Positions 22,901 to 35,496 of a stretch of DNA of 52,042 nt are shown in pieces (the stretch's first letter is position 1; every line of letters starts with the position of its first letter). The DNA lies in assembly GCA_002269645.1 (NCBI GenBank), contig NIVC01004276.1, forward strand, positions 1 to 52,042. Reading direction: 5' to 3'. Under the pieces are notes generated by a model. That model ran no database searches. It was not told the origin of the DNA and worked only from the letters and a program-made list of their open reading frames with translations. The DNA comes from Macrostomum lignano (Eukaryota). Both the position numbers and the translations under genes were made by a program.

Positions 22901-25900
22901 TGTTCCAAGTGGGGTCGAGAATCGAACCCGCGACCTTTCAGTCGTGAGTCCGATGCTCTGACCACTAGACTGCAACCTTCACAACACAAATTTAAATAAA
23001 GTAAACTGTCGGCTTTCGGCCCCTACAACAGACTCACGCCTGAAGAACTTCGCCAGCGCCAGCATCAGCGCCACGCTGCCGTCCGTCCGACGCTCGTGGG
23101 AGGCGGCGCCAGAATCGGCGGCGCGCAGAGGAGTCATGAGAACCAGCGCCTCGGTGCGCGCCGCGCGATAGGCTCGAGAAATGCCAACAGCATTGATGCC
23201 CTGCAGCTTCTGCGGATGTGTGAAGCGAAGAGGAAATGAAGATGTACCATAAATTTCAAATCAAGCTACAGACTGCTCATATCTGATAATATAGAAATTC
23301 ACCTTTTCTCCCAGAATGAGCGGATAGCTGAAGGTGAAGTTCTGAGTGTAGGCGTCCAGGCCAATTTTTTGCATTTCCTCTTCAAGCCACTTTTGGAATT
23401 TTCCACTAAAAATAAATATAAGGAAAATGTTAAAACAATAAGTAAACATAATTAAATAAAAAATCCAGATGGCATACCTCTCAAGGTTCTTCACAGTGTA
23501 CATCTTTTGCACATCAGCATAATAATCATTGATGAAGTTGACCTGATTAAATTGTTCCTCTACAACTCCTACAAATTGAATTGCAATAAGAATAACATCA
23601 TGGATAATATTAATTTAAAATACCATAAAATAAAATTTTCTTGTATAGAAACTAATCTTCATTGGCAAGCAAAGGGTCTCAAGCATATACAATAAAGGCA
23701 CAATACAAAATAACATGGTTTTGTGTATAATAATATGCAATAGTAAAAAATCATAAATGTTACAATATACTATGAGTTTTTCAGTTCTATTACAACTAGG
23801 ACTTGGCTGAATGTCCAAAATAAAAATTTAATTTAGAATGTTACAGACACCATGCTAGTTGTCATAGTAGCATATAACACAAAACTTTATATTTTGCATC
23901 TTTTAGAATTGCAGCAATATTTCTTATATAAAATGTATAAAATAGCAATTAAATTTAAATGACAATTTAGTTCATAGTTTTACTATTACCTTAATATATT
24001 TTGGCCCTATACTCTAGCCCCAGCCTATAATATAGCAGATGTTCTTAAACCCTCTATGCTATTCACATCTTTTACAGAATGCTTGATACTATTTATGAAA
24101 TTTAAACATTAAAAGAGGGCTAAATGCTACCAATTAGATTGTGAAACAGTATTAAAATTGCATTCCTTACTGTATGATTATTTAATTTTTGGTTAAAATT
24201 TTGGTTTAAGAATATGTTATTTGATATAAAAAAGAAAGATTTAACCAATGCTCTACTTAAACCAAAATTTTACCATATCCATATCAATGACTAATCAAGA
24301 ATTATTTTAGTTAGTATAAGAAAGTCTGTATCTGTCTCAATTGGTGAAATTGGCATTAGAAAAATGGTACAAAAATTAGTAAATTTACAAAAGCTACAAA
24401 TATTAACTTCACAACTGTTATAAACTTACAATTTTTTTTCATTATAACAAAGTTTCTTATATATTTTAGCTAATAATAGTGTTTTAACTTTTTTTTATTA
24501 CACTGTTTTGCTTTTTTCAGTCTAAAAACTTTTTAATGCTAATATTTTTTCATTTTGTGCACACTTATAAGGTATAGAAAGTTGTCTTAGGATGGCCTAG
24601 TAGGTCTTTAAATCCCACTGCTGCAACCAATAAGGTGTTTGCTGTTGTCTTCTTGATTTAGGCCTTAGTAGCATAGGTAGTGCTACCACTAGTTTCTTTA
24701 GGCCTTGGCCTTCAATGAGATGACTGCCATTCAAACAAAATAAACTTTAAAATACAACAAAATAAAATTTCAAAAAATCACATTAAAATATTTGTTAAAT
24801 TAATTAAACTAAATGAATTATAAATAAAAACATTCCTTTTATAATATTCTTATTTTCTTAACAAGTAATTAATGACTAATATTATATATAAAATACAAAT
24901 ATACAAATTAAAATGAAAAAAAAAATTATATACTTAATGTTAAGGTCATGCCTGTATTAAAATGACATGGTAGGCCTAGGCCTCATAGTGTTAGGCATAG
25001 AATAGAATAATAGGCCTAATCAATATGGGTGTATAATGATATACCATAATCAGGAAGGTGGCAGATATGCCAGAATTTTCTGGTATGCCAGATTTTTTGG
25101 CATGCTTAAAGCAATTATAAAAATATGGCATAATTGGTGTGCTCAAGGCAAAGCTAAAAATATGGCATGAATGATTGGCATGCATCAAAACTTTGAATTT
25201 TGAAGTTTAATATTGTAGTTATGGTTGTCATTGTGGTCATGTGGACATGGTTGTATTTATAGTCTAGTAAAAAGCTTAGTTAAAAATATTATTTTTTGTA
25301 AAATGTACTGAATGATTTTTGAAACTTTCTTTTCTTAGAATACATTAACATTAGCACAATTCACAAGATGAAAAGTGGCGATCAAGCTGATCATCTTGCA
25401 GTTGCAGTTGCAGCTTTACAATGTTGCATGGCATTCATTTGGCATGCTAAATGCTCCCTAGTATCACAAAGGTTCATTTAGTCTATTTGAGCACTTTATA
25501 ATTATAGGCCTAATATGCTAATAAAATGCTCAAGCTAAAGATAGCAGTATGGAGGTAGTCAGCAAAGTAGGGCTGAAAATGTAAGGCCTAGTATATTTGA
25601 CATATATAGTAAAAAGGGTCATTAAAATTTTGGCGTGCTTGGCGTGAATTGGTAGCTTTGCTCATCTTCGATTCCGGCGTGCCTCTGCCACCTTCCTGAG
25701 CATGGATGATATGCCATCATGCCATAAGTTTTTGATATTGCAATTGTGCCAGAAGTTATAATGATCTATACAAGAGCAAGAGATTAAGAAATAAGCTTGA
25801 TAGTAGTAGTCATTTATAAACATAAGTTGCCAAAAATCAAGTTAATAAAATACCTGGTGAAAGCGCCTTCTCTGAGATATAGCATCGATTATTAAACTGC

Positions 25901-26010
25901 GGATCGCTTAGCATCACCATATAGCCGATTGCACCAACAATCAGCAATATTCCTACGAACCGATGGTAGGACAGGAATACCTTGATTGTGGTTTCTATTT
26001 TACCTGTCAT
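16902..26010 (-). CDS. GPAA1: GPI transamidase subunit GPAA1/Gaa1, 633 aa
   Basis: Exons 26010-25854, 23568-23478, 23405-23303, 23209-23038, 21671-21319, 19081-18587, 17432-16902; all phases match (1902 nt). Motifs YISEKALSPGVVEEQF, RAYRAARTEALVL, HWAKDTIFL, EGVNGVLPNLDLVN, LNNLQERFHQSFFFY; multi-TM C-terminus. Confidence 0.93.
17459..18240 (+). repeat. Intronic 21-bp minisatellite (gaactgcctaattgatgtacc)
   Basis: Tandem units in GPAA1 intron 6, with an interspersed variant tggtacaccaaacggactaat. Confidence 0.97.
18280..18586 (+). repeat. Intronic 18-bp C-rich minisatellite (cccataaattccccacat)
   Basis: Tandem units ending exactly at the GPAA1 donor site (18586). Confidence 0.95.
19113..21133 (+). 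repeat. Intronic 20-bp minisatellite (atgactcactgaatctactc), about 2 kb
   Basis: Tandem units with recurring variant blocks in GPAA1 intron 5. Confidence 0.98.
21777..21892. repeat. Perfect 43-bp inverted repeat with 30-bp spacer (hairpin/MITE-like)
   Basis: cggccgtttctattggcaacacacacatgtaagtcgctattgg (21777-21819) and its exact reverse complement (21850-21892). Confidence 0.9.
21919..22540 (+). repeat. Intronic 21/22-bp minisatellite (gataccggtgatggactataa)
   Basis: Tandem units in GPAA1 intron 4, starting immediately after the inverted repeat. Confidence 0.96.
22690..22977 (-). mobile_element. tRNA-derived SINE copy (same family as 3376)
   Basis: gaatcgaacccgcgacctttcagtcgtgagtccgatgctctgaccactagactgcaacc is the reverse complement of the head; tail motifs conserved. 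Confidence 0.85.
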
Positions 26011-27279
26011 TTATCAATCAATTAAATATAGCTGTCAAAAGTCGAATTGAGCAATAAAAATTCGAGAATTGTAACTGTAAATTGTAAAATTCGTAATAGG
26101 TTTCTTATAAAACTTTGTTTTTAAAAAAACACATATCAAACAATAACAAAACTATGTACATTCACAAATATCATATAAACTTAACACTTATTTTTAATGC
26201 TCTATGACATAAAGTTATTGCTTTCAAAAAGCTTTTTTTAAGAAAAAACACTGCTATGTTTTCAAAGTAAGATTTCTGTTGCTACCGCGTCTTTAAATTT
26301 AACTGTAAGAAATATGGCAATATTTCCGGCAACACAACATTGTCCTGTTCAGCAAAGGCGTCATATGCAGCGATTCTTAATTTCGTTTCGATATTTTATA
26401 CTATTAGAAATGAAACAGATTTTTAAAAGACAAAAATGTTAAAAATACGTATACTAAATGGAATAGGAGTTTATTGCTATAGTAAGAAGGTTTTACAGGC
26501 ATACTAAACTAAACTTACCTCAGCTCACAAGAAAAACTCAGGCTATTTGATTCTATGACTTTGAAATTTAATTTTAATTTTTAACTTTTAAAATCTTTTG
26601 AGTTGCATTGCTATTAGAATTTAGCGTATTCGCTTTTAGTTTCAGTTTGACCAGACTTAGTTGCAGGGGTAGATTTGGTCATTAGGGTAGAGTAGAATAG
26701 TTGCAGCAAGACCTGTTCTTAGCTAGCATTTTCTATAAGTTTTTTCTGCACGAAAATGTTTTTAGAATTGTTATACTTTAAAAACTTGAACTTTAGTCTG
26801 TTTGTAATTCTTGCAAGTTATATTTGCAGCTTTTTTAGATTTAAAAAAATAATATTCTGTCAAATGTATAGAGTGGAAATATTTTAAATGCTTCGAATAA
26901 GCAACTGAAATGCTAAATTTTTTATACTAAAATTTTATATATTGGCTAATGCATAACGCTGTGTTATTGTTATTATGTGTAGAATAACACTAAGTTTTTT
27001 ACCATATATATTGCTATGCCATGCCATATTTCATTGAAGTACTTGTAACCAAAAGTTTTTGCCAAATTTAATTTGTGAAAGTATTTGAAGCAGTGGTATA
27101 ATTTTTTTGGGAACTGTTTATTTTCTATACAATAGCTTTTGGTCAGTAGTTTTCTCATAGACATTAGAATTTACTATTTTACAAATAGGTGAGGTAAATG
27201 TTATTTTTAAAGCATTAAATGGAAACTGCAAGGCCACACATTCTTTCGATTGAGCTCTTCGAAAAATAAAACGCCGCAG

Positions 27280-30200
27280 ATTTCCGAGATCGCAGTGAGC
27301 GACGCGGACCTTCTGCGCGAGATCTGCTCGTCGAATGGCCTGCCGGAGGACCGGGAAAAACTGCAGGCGGAGGCCGCCGAGACCGCCACCTTGGAGATTT
27401 TCTTCGGCGGCTATCCCCGTTTTGCTCACCTCAGCCTGTTCCCCAATCTCCGCGAGCTCATCATTGTGGAGCAGAGCCTGACCGAGATCAGCACCCTGGA
27501 CAGCTGCCCCCTGCTGGAGGTGCTCTGGGTCTCAGACTGCAGGCTGACTCAAATCTCTGGCCTGTCTGCAAATCACCGACTCAAGAAGCTGTACTTGCAT
27601 AGCAACTCCATAGCGACGATAAACGGCGGCCTCGACCATCTCGGCGGCTCGCTGGAGGTTCTGTGGCTGGCCAACAATCAGCTGCGCGAACTCGCTGGCT
27701 TCGAGAAACTGTCCAACCTGAAGGAGCTCAATTTGGCGCAGAACTTCATCACGGAAGTGGCCGGCTGCCTCACGGAGAACGCCAGCCTGGAGAGCTTGAA
27801 CCTGTCGGGCAACCCGCTGGCCTCCATTCGCGATGTTGTGTCGCTGGCGGCTCTGCCGTCTTTGCGCCGGTTCTGCCTTCGCGACCCGCAGTACCGACCC
27901 TGCCCAGTCACCCAGCTATCCAACTACTCCATCTTCATCCTGTACCACATGCCCCGGCTGCTCAACCTGGACACGTTCGACTGCTCAAGCCGGCTGCCGT
28001 TTGAGCTGGCGGACAGCACAGTATTGAAGAAACGAATGTACTACGCCATGCGAGCCGAGGTTCTTGAGCGGACCAGCGCTTGTCTCGGCCGGAGGGTGAC
28101 AATTGGCCTGGCCGAGTACCACAAGGTGGGTTGAGGATGTGGTATCAAGGAAGTGGGATCAAGGATGTGGGATCAGAGATCTGGGATCAAGGATGTGGGA
28201 TCAAGGATCTGGGACCAATGATCTGGGATCAAGGATGTGGGATCAAGGATGTGGGATCAGGGATCTGGAATCAAGGATCGGATCACAAACCTGGGATCAA
28301 GGATGTGGGATCAAGGATGTGGGATCAAGGATGTGGCATCAAGGATGTGTGATCAAGGATCTGTGATAAAAAATCTGGGATCAAGGATCTGGGATCACAA
28401 ATCTAGGATCAAGGATCTGTGATAAAAAATCTGGGATCAAGGATCTGGGATCACAAATCTAGGATCAAGGATCTGGGATCACAAATCTGGGATCAAGAAT
28501 CTGGGATCTAATGATCTGGGATCAAGATCTGGGATCAAGGATCTGGGATCAAGGATCTGGGATCTAAGATCTGGGATCTAGGATCTGGGATCTAGGATGT
28601 GGGATCAAGGATCTGTGATAAAAAATCTGGGATCACAAATATGGGATCAATGATCTGGGATCACAAATCTGGGATCAAGGATCTGGGATCACAAATCTGG
28701 GATCAAGGATCTGGGATCTAGAATCTGGGACCAATGATCTGGGATCAAGGATCTGGGATCAAGGATCTGGGATCAAGGATCTGGGATCAAGGATCTGGGA
28801 TCAAGGATCTGGGATCAAGGATCTGGGATCAAGGATCTGGGATCAAGGATCTGGGATCAAGGATCTGGGATCAAGGATCTGGGATCAAGGATCTGGGATC
28901 AAGGATCTGGGATCAAGGATCTGGGATCAAGGATCTGGGATCAAGGATCTGGGATCAAGGATCTGGGATCAAGGATCTGGGATCAAATCTGGGATCAAGG
29001 ATCTGGGATCAAGGATCTGGGATCAAGGATCTGGGATCAAGGATCTGGGATCAAGGATCTGGGATCAAGGATCTGGGATCAAGGATCTGGGATCAAGGAT
29101 CTGGGATCAAGGATCTGGGATCAAGGATCTGGGATCAAGGATCTGGGATCAAGGATCTGGGATCAAGGATCTGGGATCAAGGATCTGGGATCAAGGATCT
29201 GGGATCAAGGATCTGGGATCAAGGATCTGGGATCAAGGATCTGGGATCAAGGATCTGGGATCAAGGATCTGGGATCAAGGATCTGGGATCAAGGATCTGG
29301 GATCAAGGATCTGGGATCAAGGATCTGGGATCAAGGATCTGGGATCAAGGATCTGGGATCAAGGATCTGGGATCAAGGATCTGGGATCTAGAATCTGGGA
29401 CCAATGATCTGGGATCAAGGATCTGGGATCAAGGATCTGGGATCAAGGATCTGGGATCAAGGATCTGGGATCAAGGATCTGGGATCACAAATCTGGGATC
29501 AAGGATCTGGGATCAAGGATCTGGGATCAAGGATCTGGGATCAAGGATCTGGGATCAAGGATCTGGGATCAAGGATCTGGGATCAAGGATCTGGGATCAA
29601 GGATCTGGGATCAAGGATCTGGGATCTAAGATCTGTGATCTAGGATCTGGGATCTGGGATCTAGGATCTGGGATTTAGGATCTGGGATCAAGGATCTGGG
29701 ACCAAGGATCTGGGACCAAGGATCTGGGACCAAGGATCTGGGACCAAGGATCTGGGACCAAGGATCTGGGACCAAGGATCTGAGATACCTAAATTTAACC
29801 GACCATTTCTTCAACAGGCTCGCCTCGTCGAAACTGGAGCAGGAAACTTCAGCCAGCTGGAGGCCGCCTGGCCAACAACGCGTGGCTTCTTCACCGAGGC
29901 ATTGAAGAAGATCGAAATGGACAGAGAGCTGGCCTGGAACCTGCTCAACATGGAGTTGGAGAGCGGCGGCAGCGTTCGCTGCGAGCTGGGCACCGGGCAA
30001 GACTGGCACAAACTGGTGGCCGACATTGTCAGCTCGAGGTTCTGCTCGTCACAGCATCGGCAGAGCGGCGTCACCGCCTGCAAGGTGGACAAAGTGCACC
30101 GATTGCACCTGCCAGTGCTGGCGGCCAGGTGAGACAGTCAGTCAGTGAGTGAGACAGTCAGTCAGTCAGTCAGTCAGTCAGTGAGACAGTCAGTCAGTCA

Positions 30201-33200
30201 GTCAGTCAGTCAGTTAGTCAGTCAGTCAGTCCTTATCAACCACACCGCCATCCAGGTACCAGGAGGCGTGTCTGCCGCGTCTGCAAACCCTTGCCCGGAG
30301 CACCTACTGCTCTCTGGACATGGTGGCAAAGAAGTACCAGGACTATCTGTTCTACCGTTGGCCCGAAGGCGACAACGACAGTCTGCTGGACTGCCTAGAG
30401 CGCGGCGTCACCAGCCGGCCGGCGGTGCTGTCCAACAGCGTCAACATCGCCGATGGGGCAACGCTTTGCGACTGCGCAAAGGAAACTGGCGTCGGCCGGT
30501 CGCGGCTGCTGCTGGTGAAGGCCTACATCGGCAAGTCGGTGCAGGCGGTCGCATCACTGGAGGAGGTCGAGACGATCATTGCGGCTGCAAACGGAGGCGA
30601 GCAACAGTCGCAGGAGTCAGGCGATGAAGAGCCGAAGCGGAAACTGACCGCCGTGTTCCACATGGCCGACTCCACCAGCGAAGGCTACTCGTGCGAATGC
30701 CTCGGCCGCCAGTGCACCTGGTACTTTCTAGACAACGCCTGCCTTGTTCCGGAGTTCCTGGTGGAGCTGGAGTACTCGGGCAGGCGGACCAGCAATCCGT
30801 TTCACCAGGTCGTGTGCGGCGGTGGCCCGGCTGCGCCCACGCCTGACCTCGAGCCCGCGCCGCCAGTGACGGCACCCTACGAGAACCTGGCCGAGCTGCA
30901 GATCGAGGCCCTCGGCCTCACCCGGCTCCGAGGCCTCGACTCGCTGCACTCTCTGCGGACGCTGAACGCCCGTTCAAATCTGCTGACAGGCCTGGAGGAC
31001 CTGGCCGGACTGCCAGTTGAAGAGATCGACGTGTCCTGGAACCGAATCGTCTCCATCGACGGTCTCAAGCACGTCGGGAAGCTCAGAAGTCTCCGGCTGG
31101 CGTTTAATCGACTCACCTGCCTGAGAAACGAGCTCAGCCACATGCGGAAGCACACGGCAATGCTGACTGGCCTCAGTCTGGAGGGAAATCCCTGGCATCG
31201 GTACAAGGTGGCTTACAGAGTCATCGTCATCAATAAGCTGAAGGAGCTGAAGGTTTGTTTACATGGAGTTCTATGCGTCATCAGACTTAAATTTCAGGCA
31301 TAAAAACATTTATAAAAGGGGACTTGGGTCCACGCAAAAATCTCAGTCAACCCCGTGCCTTAGTGTTTGCTCGAATGCAATTTGAATATTTTATCTTAGT
31401 CATGGTCTCAGCACAGATAGTAAAGAAGACCAGATATGCCTATTATGCAAATTTGCGTTGCCTTGCTCATATCCTAACACAATATTCTCATTTCACAAAT
31501 TGTGCAGGTACTGGATGGCCAGCCGGTCACAGAGGAGGAAGTCACAGCCTCAATGCCAGGCCGGTTCAACCTTCTCAGCTACGCTGCTCACGTGACCGGC
31601 ACGCCCAAATACATCAGTTTGGAGTCGCCGACCCAATTCTTGCCAGTGCAGCCGCCTGAGCTGTTCGCCCAGGTGAGCATGCTCAACCTGGACGGACTCA
31701 ACCTGACTCGAATAACCGGTCTGGAGCGCTGCTTCAACCTGCGCTGGCTGTCAATCAACTACAATCACGTGTCCCGCATTGAAGGCCTTGACTCCTGCTC
31801 GCAGCTGGAGGAACTGCTGGCAACGCACAATCTGATTGGCACAATGCCTACAGGCACATATCCGGCCCTGCGCCACCTGAACTTGGCGCATAACTGCATC
31901 GAACAGATTGGCACGGGGCTGCTGGCGCCAAACCTGACCAGCCTCAACCTGTTGAACAACCACGTGTCCAGCCTGGCCGGCATTGACAAGCACAGCAGCC
32001 TGGCCCAGCTCTTCATCGGCCTGAACCGCATCCAGGACACTCGCGAGCTCTTCTACCTCAAATCTTTGCAGTCGCTCCTGATTCTCGATCTCGGCGAGAA
32101 CCCCATCGCGTCCAACTCGCACAACTATCGGACGACTGTCATCTACCACCTGCGATCGCTGTGCTCACTCGACGGCGTCCCAGTTGAGCAGGACGAGGTT
32201 CAGAGCGCCGTTCAACTGCTGGGCGGCAAGCTGACGACTGACCTGCTGATTGAAAAGTTCGGTCACGACCGATTCTACGATCTCAAAGAGCTGGACATGT
32301 CGCGCAGCAACCTGCGGACTATTGAGCTCAACCTCCACGATCGCTTCATCAACCTGCGCAGCGTCAATCTCGAGTCCAACTCGTTGACGACGCTCAACGG
32401 AATCGCCAGCTTGCCGTCTCTTCGCGTTCTCTGCCTGAACCACAACCACATCGAGTCTCTGGCCTCGGGCACTGGCAGCCTTCTGCCCACGCTGGAGGTG
32501 CTGCACCTCGCCTACAATGGGATCAAGGACGCCGCGTCGTTACAGCTGCACCGGCTGCCGTCGCTGCGCACTCTGTTTATGCAGGGCAACGAGCTGCAAA
32601 CGACGGACGGATTGCAGTCAGGTCAACTGCGGGAGCTCGTGCTGGATCGGAACAAGCTGAGAACAATTAACCTGAGCGGGTGTCCCTACGTGCAGGTGAG
32701 AGCAGACTGTGCGCACCGATCTTGACCGATTATTCTCGCCACTACTGCTGATATTCTTTGAAGTTACATGTGTAGAGTTAAAAACGTATTGAAGTTGTCA
32801 GTGACAGAGCAGCTCAGACGAAACTTATCCGTCTAAAGTACCTGGGTTCAATTCCGTGAGCAGTGAAATTACGGTTTATGTGCATTGCCTGACAATGAGA
32901 AATTAAGGACCGATGTTCACCCTGGATTAGGCATAACCGCTTGTGTTCCTGCTGATTACCGATGGAGAACTTTTATGGCTCTCCACACGTAACTCAATTT
33001 GGTCGCATTGTAATTTGGAGTGCAACCTTTCATGAAGCCTTAAAATCGGATTTCTTGCTCGTAAATTTGACCTGTCGTAGCGATGAGGTTAGGACGTAGT
33101 CAACCCTGTGAGAGTTGGTTACAAAATTATTTGCCAAGGATAACTTCAATCAAAATACTACCAAACAGTGCAACTTTACTTCTATCAGGAGTTGCACGTC

Positions 33201-33770
33201 GAGGAGAACCGACTGAAAGACCTTGGCGGCATACCGGACCACTGCCCCTACCTGCACACTCTGTACATCAGCGCCAACAAGCTTGCCGAACTCGCAGAAC
33301 TGGACCGGCTGCACAGCCTCACCCGGCTGCAGAGCCTCACCCTGCTTGGCAACCCGCTGGCCAGACGGCTGCTCCACCGGCCCATCTGCGTGCACCGGCT
33401 GCGGCACCTGCACAGCCTGGACGGCATTCCTGTGACGCCGGAGGAGCGCGACAAAGCCGATATGTACTTTGCCGACCTGCAGCAGATGCAGCAAATGCAG
33501 GCGCAGCCGTCGATGTCAGCCGCTCTGATGTCCGATCATCAGCAGCAGCAGCAGATGATGCAACAACAGCAGCAACAGCAGCAGCAGCAGCAGGGCAGAC
33601 CTTTGCGACTCACCAACGTCAACATCGGCGGCATGCCGGAGCCGTACACGCTGAACCAGCTGGTGTCGCAGCGTCAGTCTGGCGGCGGCGGCAGCGGCTA
33701 CAAGGGCGGCAGCAGCGGTGGCATCGCGCAGACTCCACAGGCGCAGCTGCCGATGTTTCGAAAAAAATGA
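27280..33770 (+). CDS. LRRC9: Leucine-rich repeat protein 9, about 1308 codons; start codon not found in the genome
   Basis: Exons 27280-28125, 29818-30128, 30256-31252, 31508-32695, 33189-33770 (phases 0,2,0,0). Motifs LLREICSSNGL, LEIFFGGYPR, LRDPQYRPCPV..LSNYSIFILYHMP, KKRMYYAMR, MELESGGSVRCELG; many SDS22-type LRRs. Confidence 0.92.
28134..29781 (+). repeat. Intronic 14-bp minisatellite (ggatctgggatcaa), about 1.65 kb
   Basis: Homogeneous core 28740-29620 with degenerate edges; fills LRRC9 intron 1. Confidence 0.98.
30131..30229 (+). repeat. (CAGT)n microsatellite in LRRC9 intron 2
   Basis: Direct reading. Confidence 0.9.
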
Positions 33771-34374
33771 CCGACTGCTCTCTCGCAGAAATTATTTTCC
33801 TACGAGTTTGGTTGACATGTTTCAAACCGCTTTTTTGTTGACTGTTTCTCTCAGCTTTCTAATGCATTTCCCGTTCTCTCCTACTTTCAGTAATATGGGA
33901 AAGTTTTTCAAATTTAGACAGTAAAAAAGTAGCACCTTTAAAGGCGCCAAAAAGTACGGCGTGTTCGCAACCCTTTTTACTTCGTTGTTCAATTTTTCTA
34001 CACTATAAAATGCTCGCAAAGCCTTCTTTAGCACGTGATCCTAGAGATTAGTATATGGATTTGTATCCCAATTGTTGTAACAGATTAATTGACATTTTCC
34101 GTTTAATCACCAGCTGCTCAAAGTTCAAACATCTTTCACTTGTCTCGTCCATCTCTGTTGTTGTCGAGTTGCGCGTTCCAGTGCCGTCCCGTGTCAATCC
34201 TAGATGCGATTTTGTACTTTTAGTAGTTCTTGCTGTACCTTTTGATGCGATTAGTTTTTTTCACGCCTAATTTCGTTAAGATGGAAAGTAATATGCTAAT
34301 CTGGCCATTTTTATGGGTGTCGTTTATAAAGTGGGTGCACTGGTTCATTTTCCCTAAATTATACGTCTTACTGT

Positions 34375-34995
34375 CACTCTGTGTCTGAGGCACTCTTCAC
34401 TTTGTCTCTGCGTCACTCTCCTCTCTGTCTGTGTCAGTCTCCTCTCTGTCTGTGTCAGTCTCCTCTCTGTGTCACTCTCCTCTCTGTGTCACTCTCCTCT
34501 CTGTGTCACTCTCCTCTCTGTGTCACTCTTCTCTCTGTGTCACTCTCCTCTCTGTCTGTGTCACTCTCCTCTCTGTCTGTGTCACTCTCCTCTCTGTCTG
34601 TGTCACTCTCCTCTCTGTGTCTGTGTCACTCTTCTCTTTGTCTCTGTGTCACTCTCCTCTCTGTGTCTGTGTCACTCTCCTCTCTGTGTCTGTGTCACTA
34701 TCCTCTCTGTGTCTGTCTCACTCTCCTCTCTGTCACTGTGTCACTCTCTATTTGCCTGTGTCACTCTCGTCTTTGATTTTGTTTCACTCTCCTCTTTGCT
34801 TCTGTGTCACTCTCCTCTCTGTGTCACTCTCCTCTCTGTGTCACTCTCCTCTGTGTGTCACTCTCCTCTGTGTGTCACTCTCCTCTGTGTGTCACTCTCC
34901 TCTGTGTGTCACTCTCCTCTCTGTTTCACTCTTCTCTCTGTGTCACTCTCCTCTGTGTCACTCTCCTCTCTATCTGAGTCACTCTCTACTATGTC
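34375..34995 (+). repeat. Intergenic TC-rich minisatellite (tgtgtcactctcctctc, 17-23 bp)
   Basis: Tandem units of variable length. Confidence 0.95.
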
Positions 34996-35496
34996 ACTCT
35001 ACCATCAGGAGTCCAAGATTACATGGCAGACACATTAAAATTGACCAGATCAGCAGTCAACTTTATCTCAGCTTTATTTTATCCCACTGTCCGTCCAGTT
35101 ATGAATTGCCTAAAAATTTGCTTCTGAAGCAGAAAACACGAAACTCGAGTCGGCCTTTTACCCTGGCGCTTATTTTCGAGCTCTGCCCTACCTATTCCTT
35201 GCTATTTTTATAAATAATATTATCAACTTTGCCTGTAGCTTAAAAGTACATCACAGAGGAACTTTTTCAGACCATTGTCTCACTCACCTGTGCACACGCT
35301 GCTTGTTGATAAAAAACACAATAAAGCATAAAAAAATTATTGTTAAGATGTGTATTCTTTCAAACAATATTTTTTGGCCTTGATCATTTGGTAGATAGAG
35401 AAAGTTTACACTGAATAAACTTTACAAAACAATCTTAAACAAAATAATGCATGTCAACGGTGGCGGCGCACCGAACCCCATCAGACCCGGGTCGCA

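Noticed and set aside
26322-26333. X-box-like ATTTCCGGCAAC upstream of LRRC9
   Set aside because: Imperfect 12-mer expected by chance; too weak to call.
28734-29678. 314-aa repetitive ORF (DQGSGIKDLGSRIW)n
   Set aside because: Translation of the intronic 14-bp satellite; the LRRC9 exons join cleanly around it.
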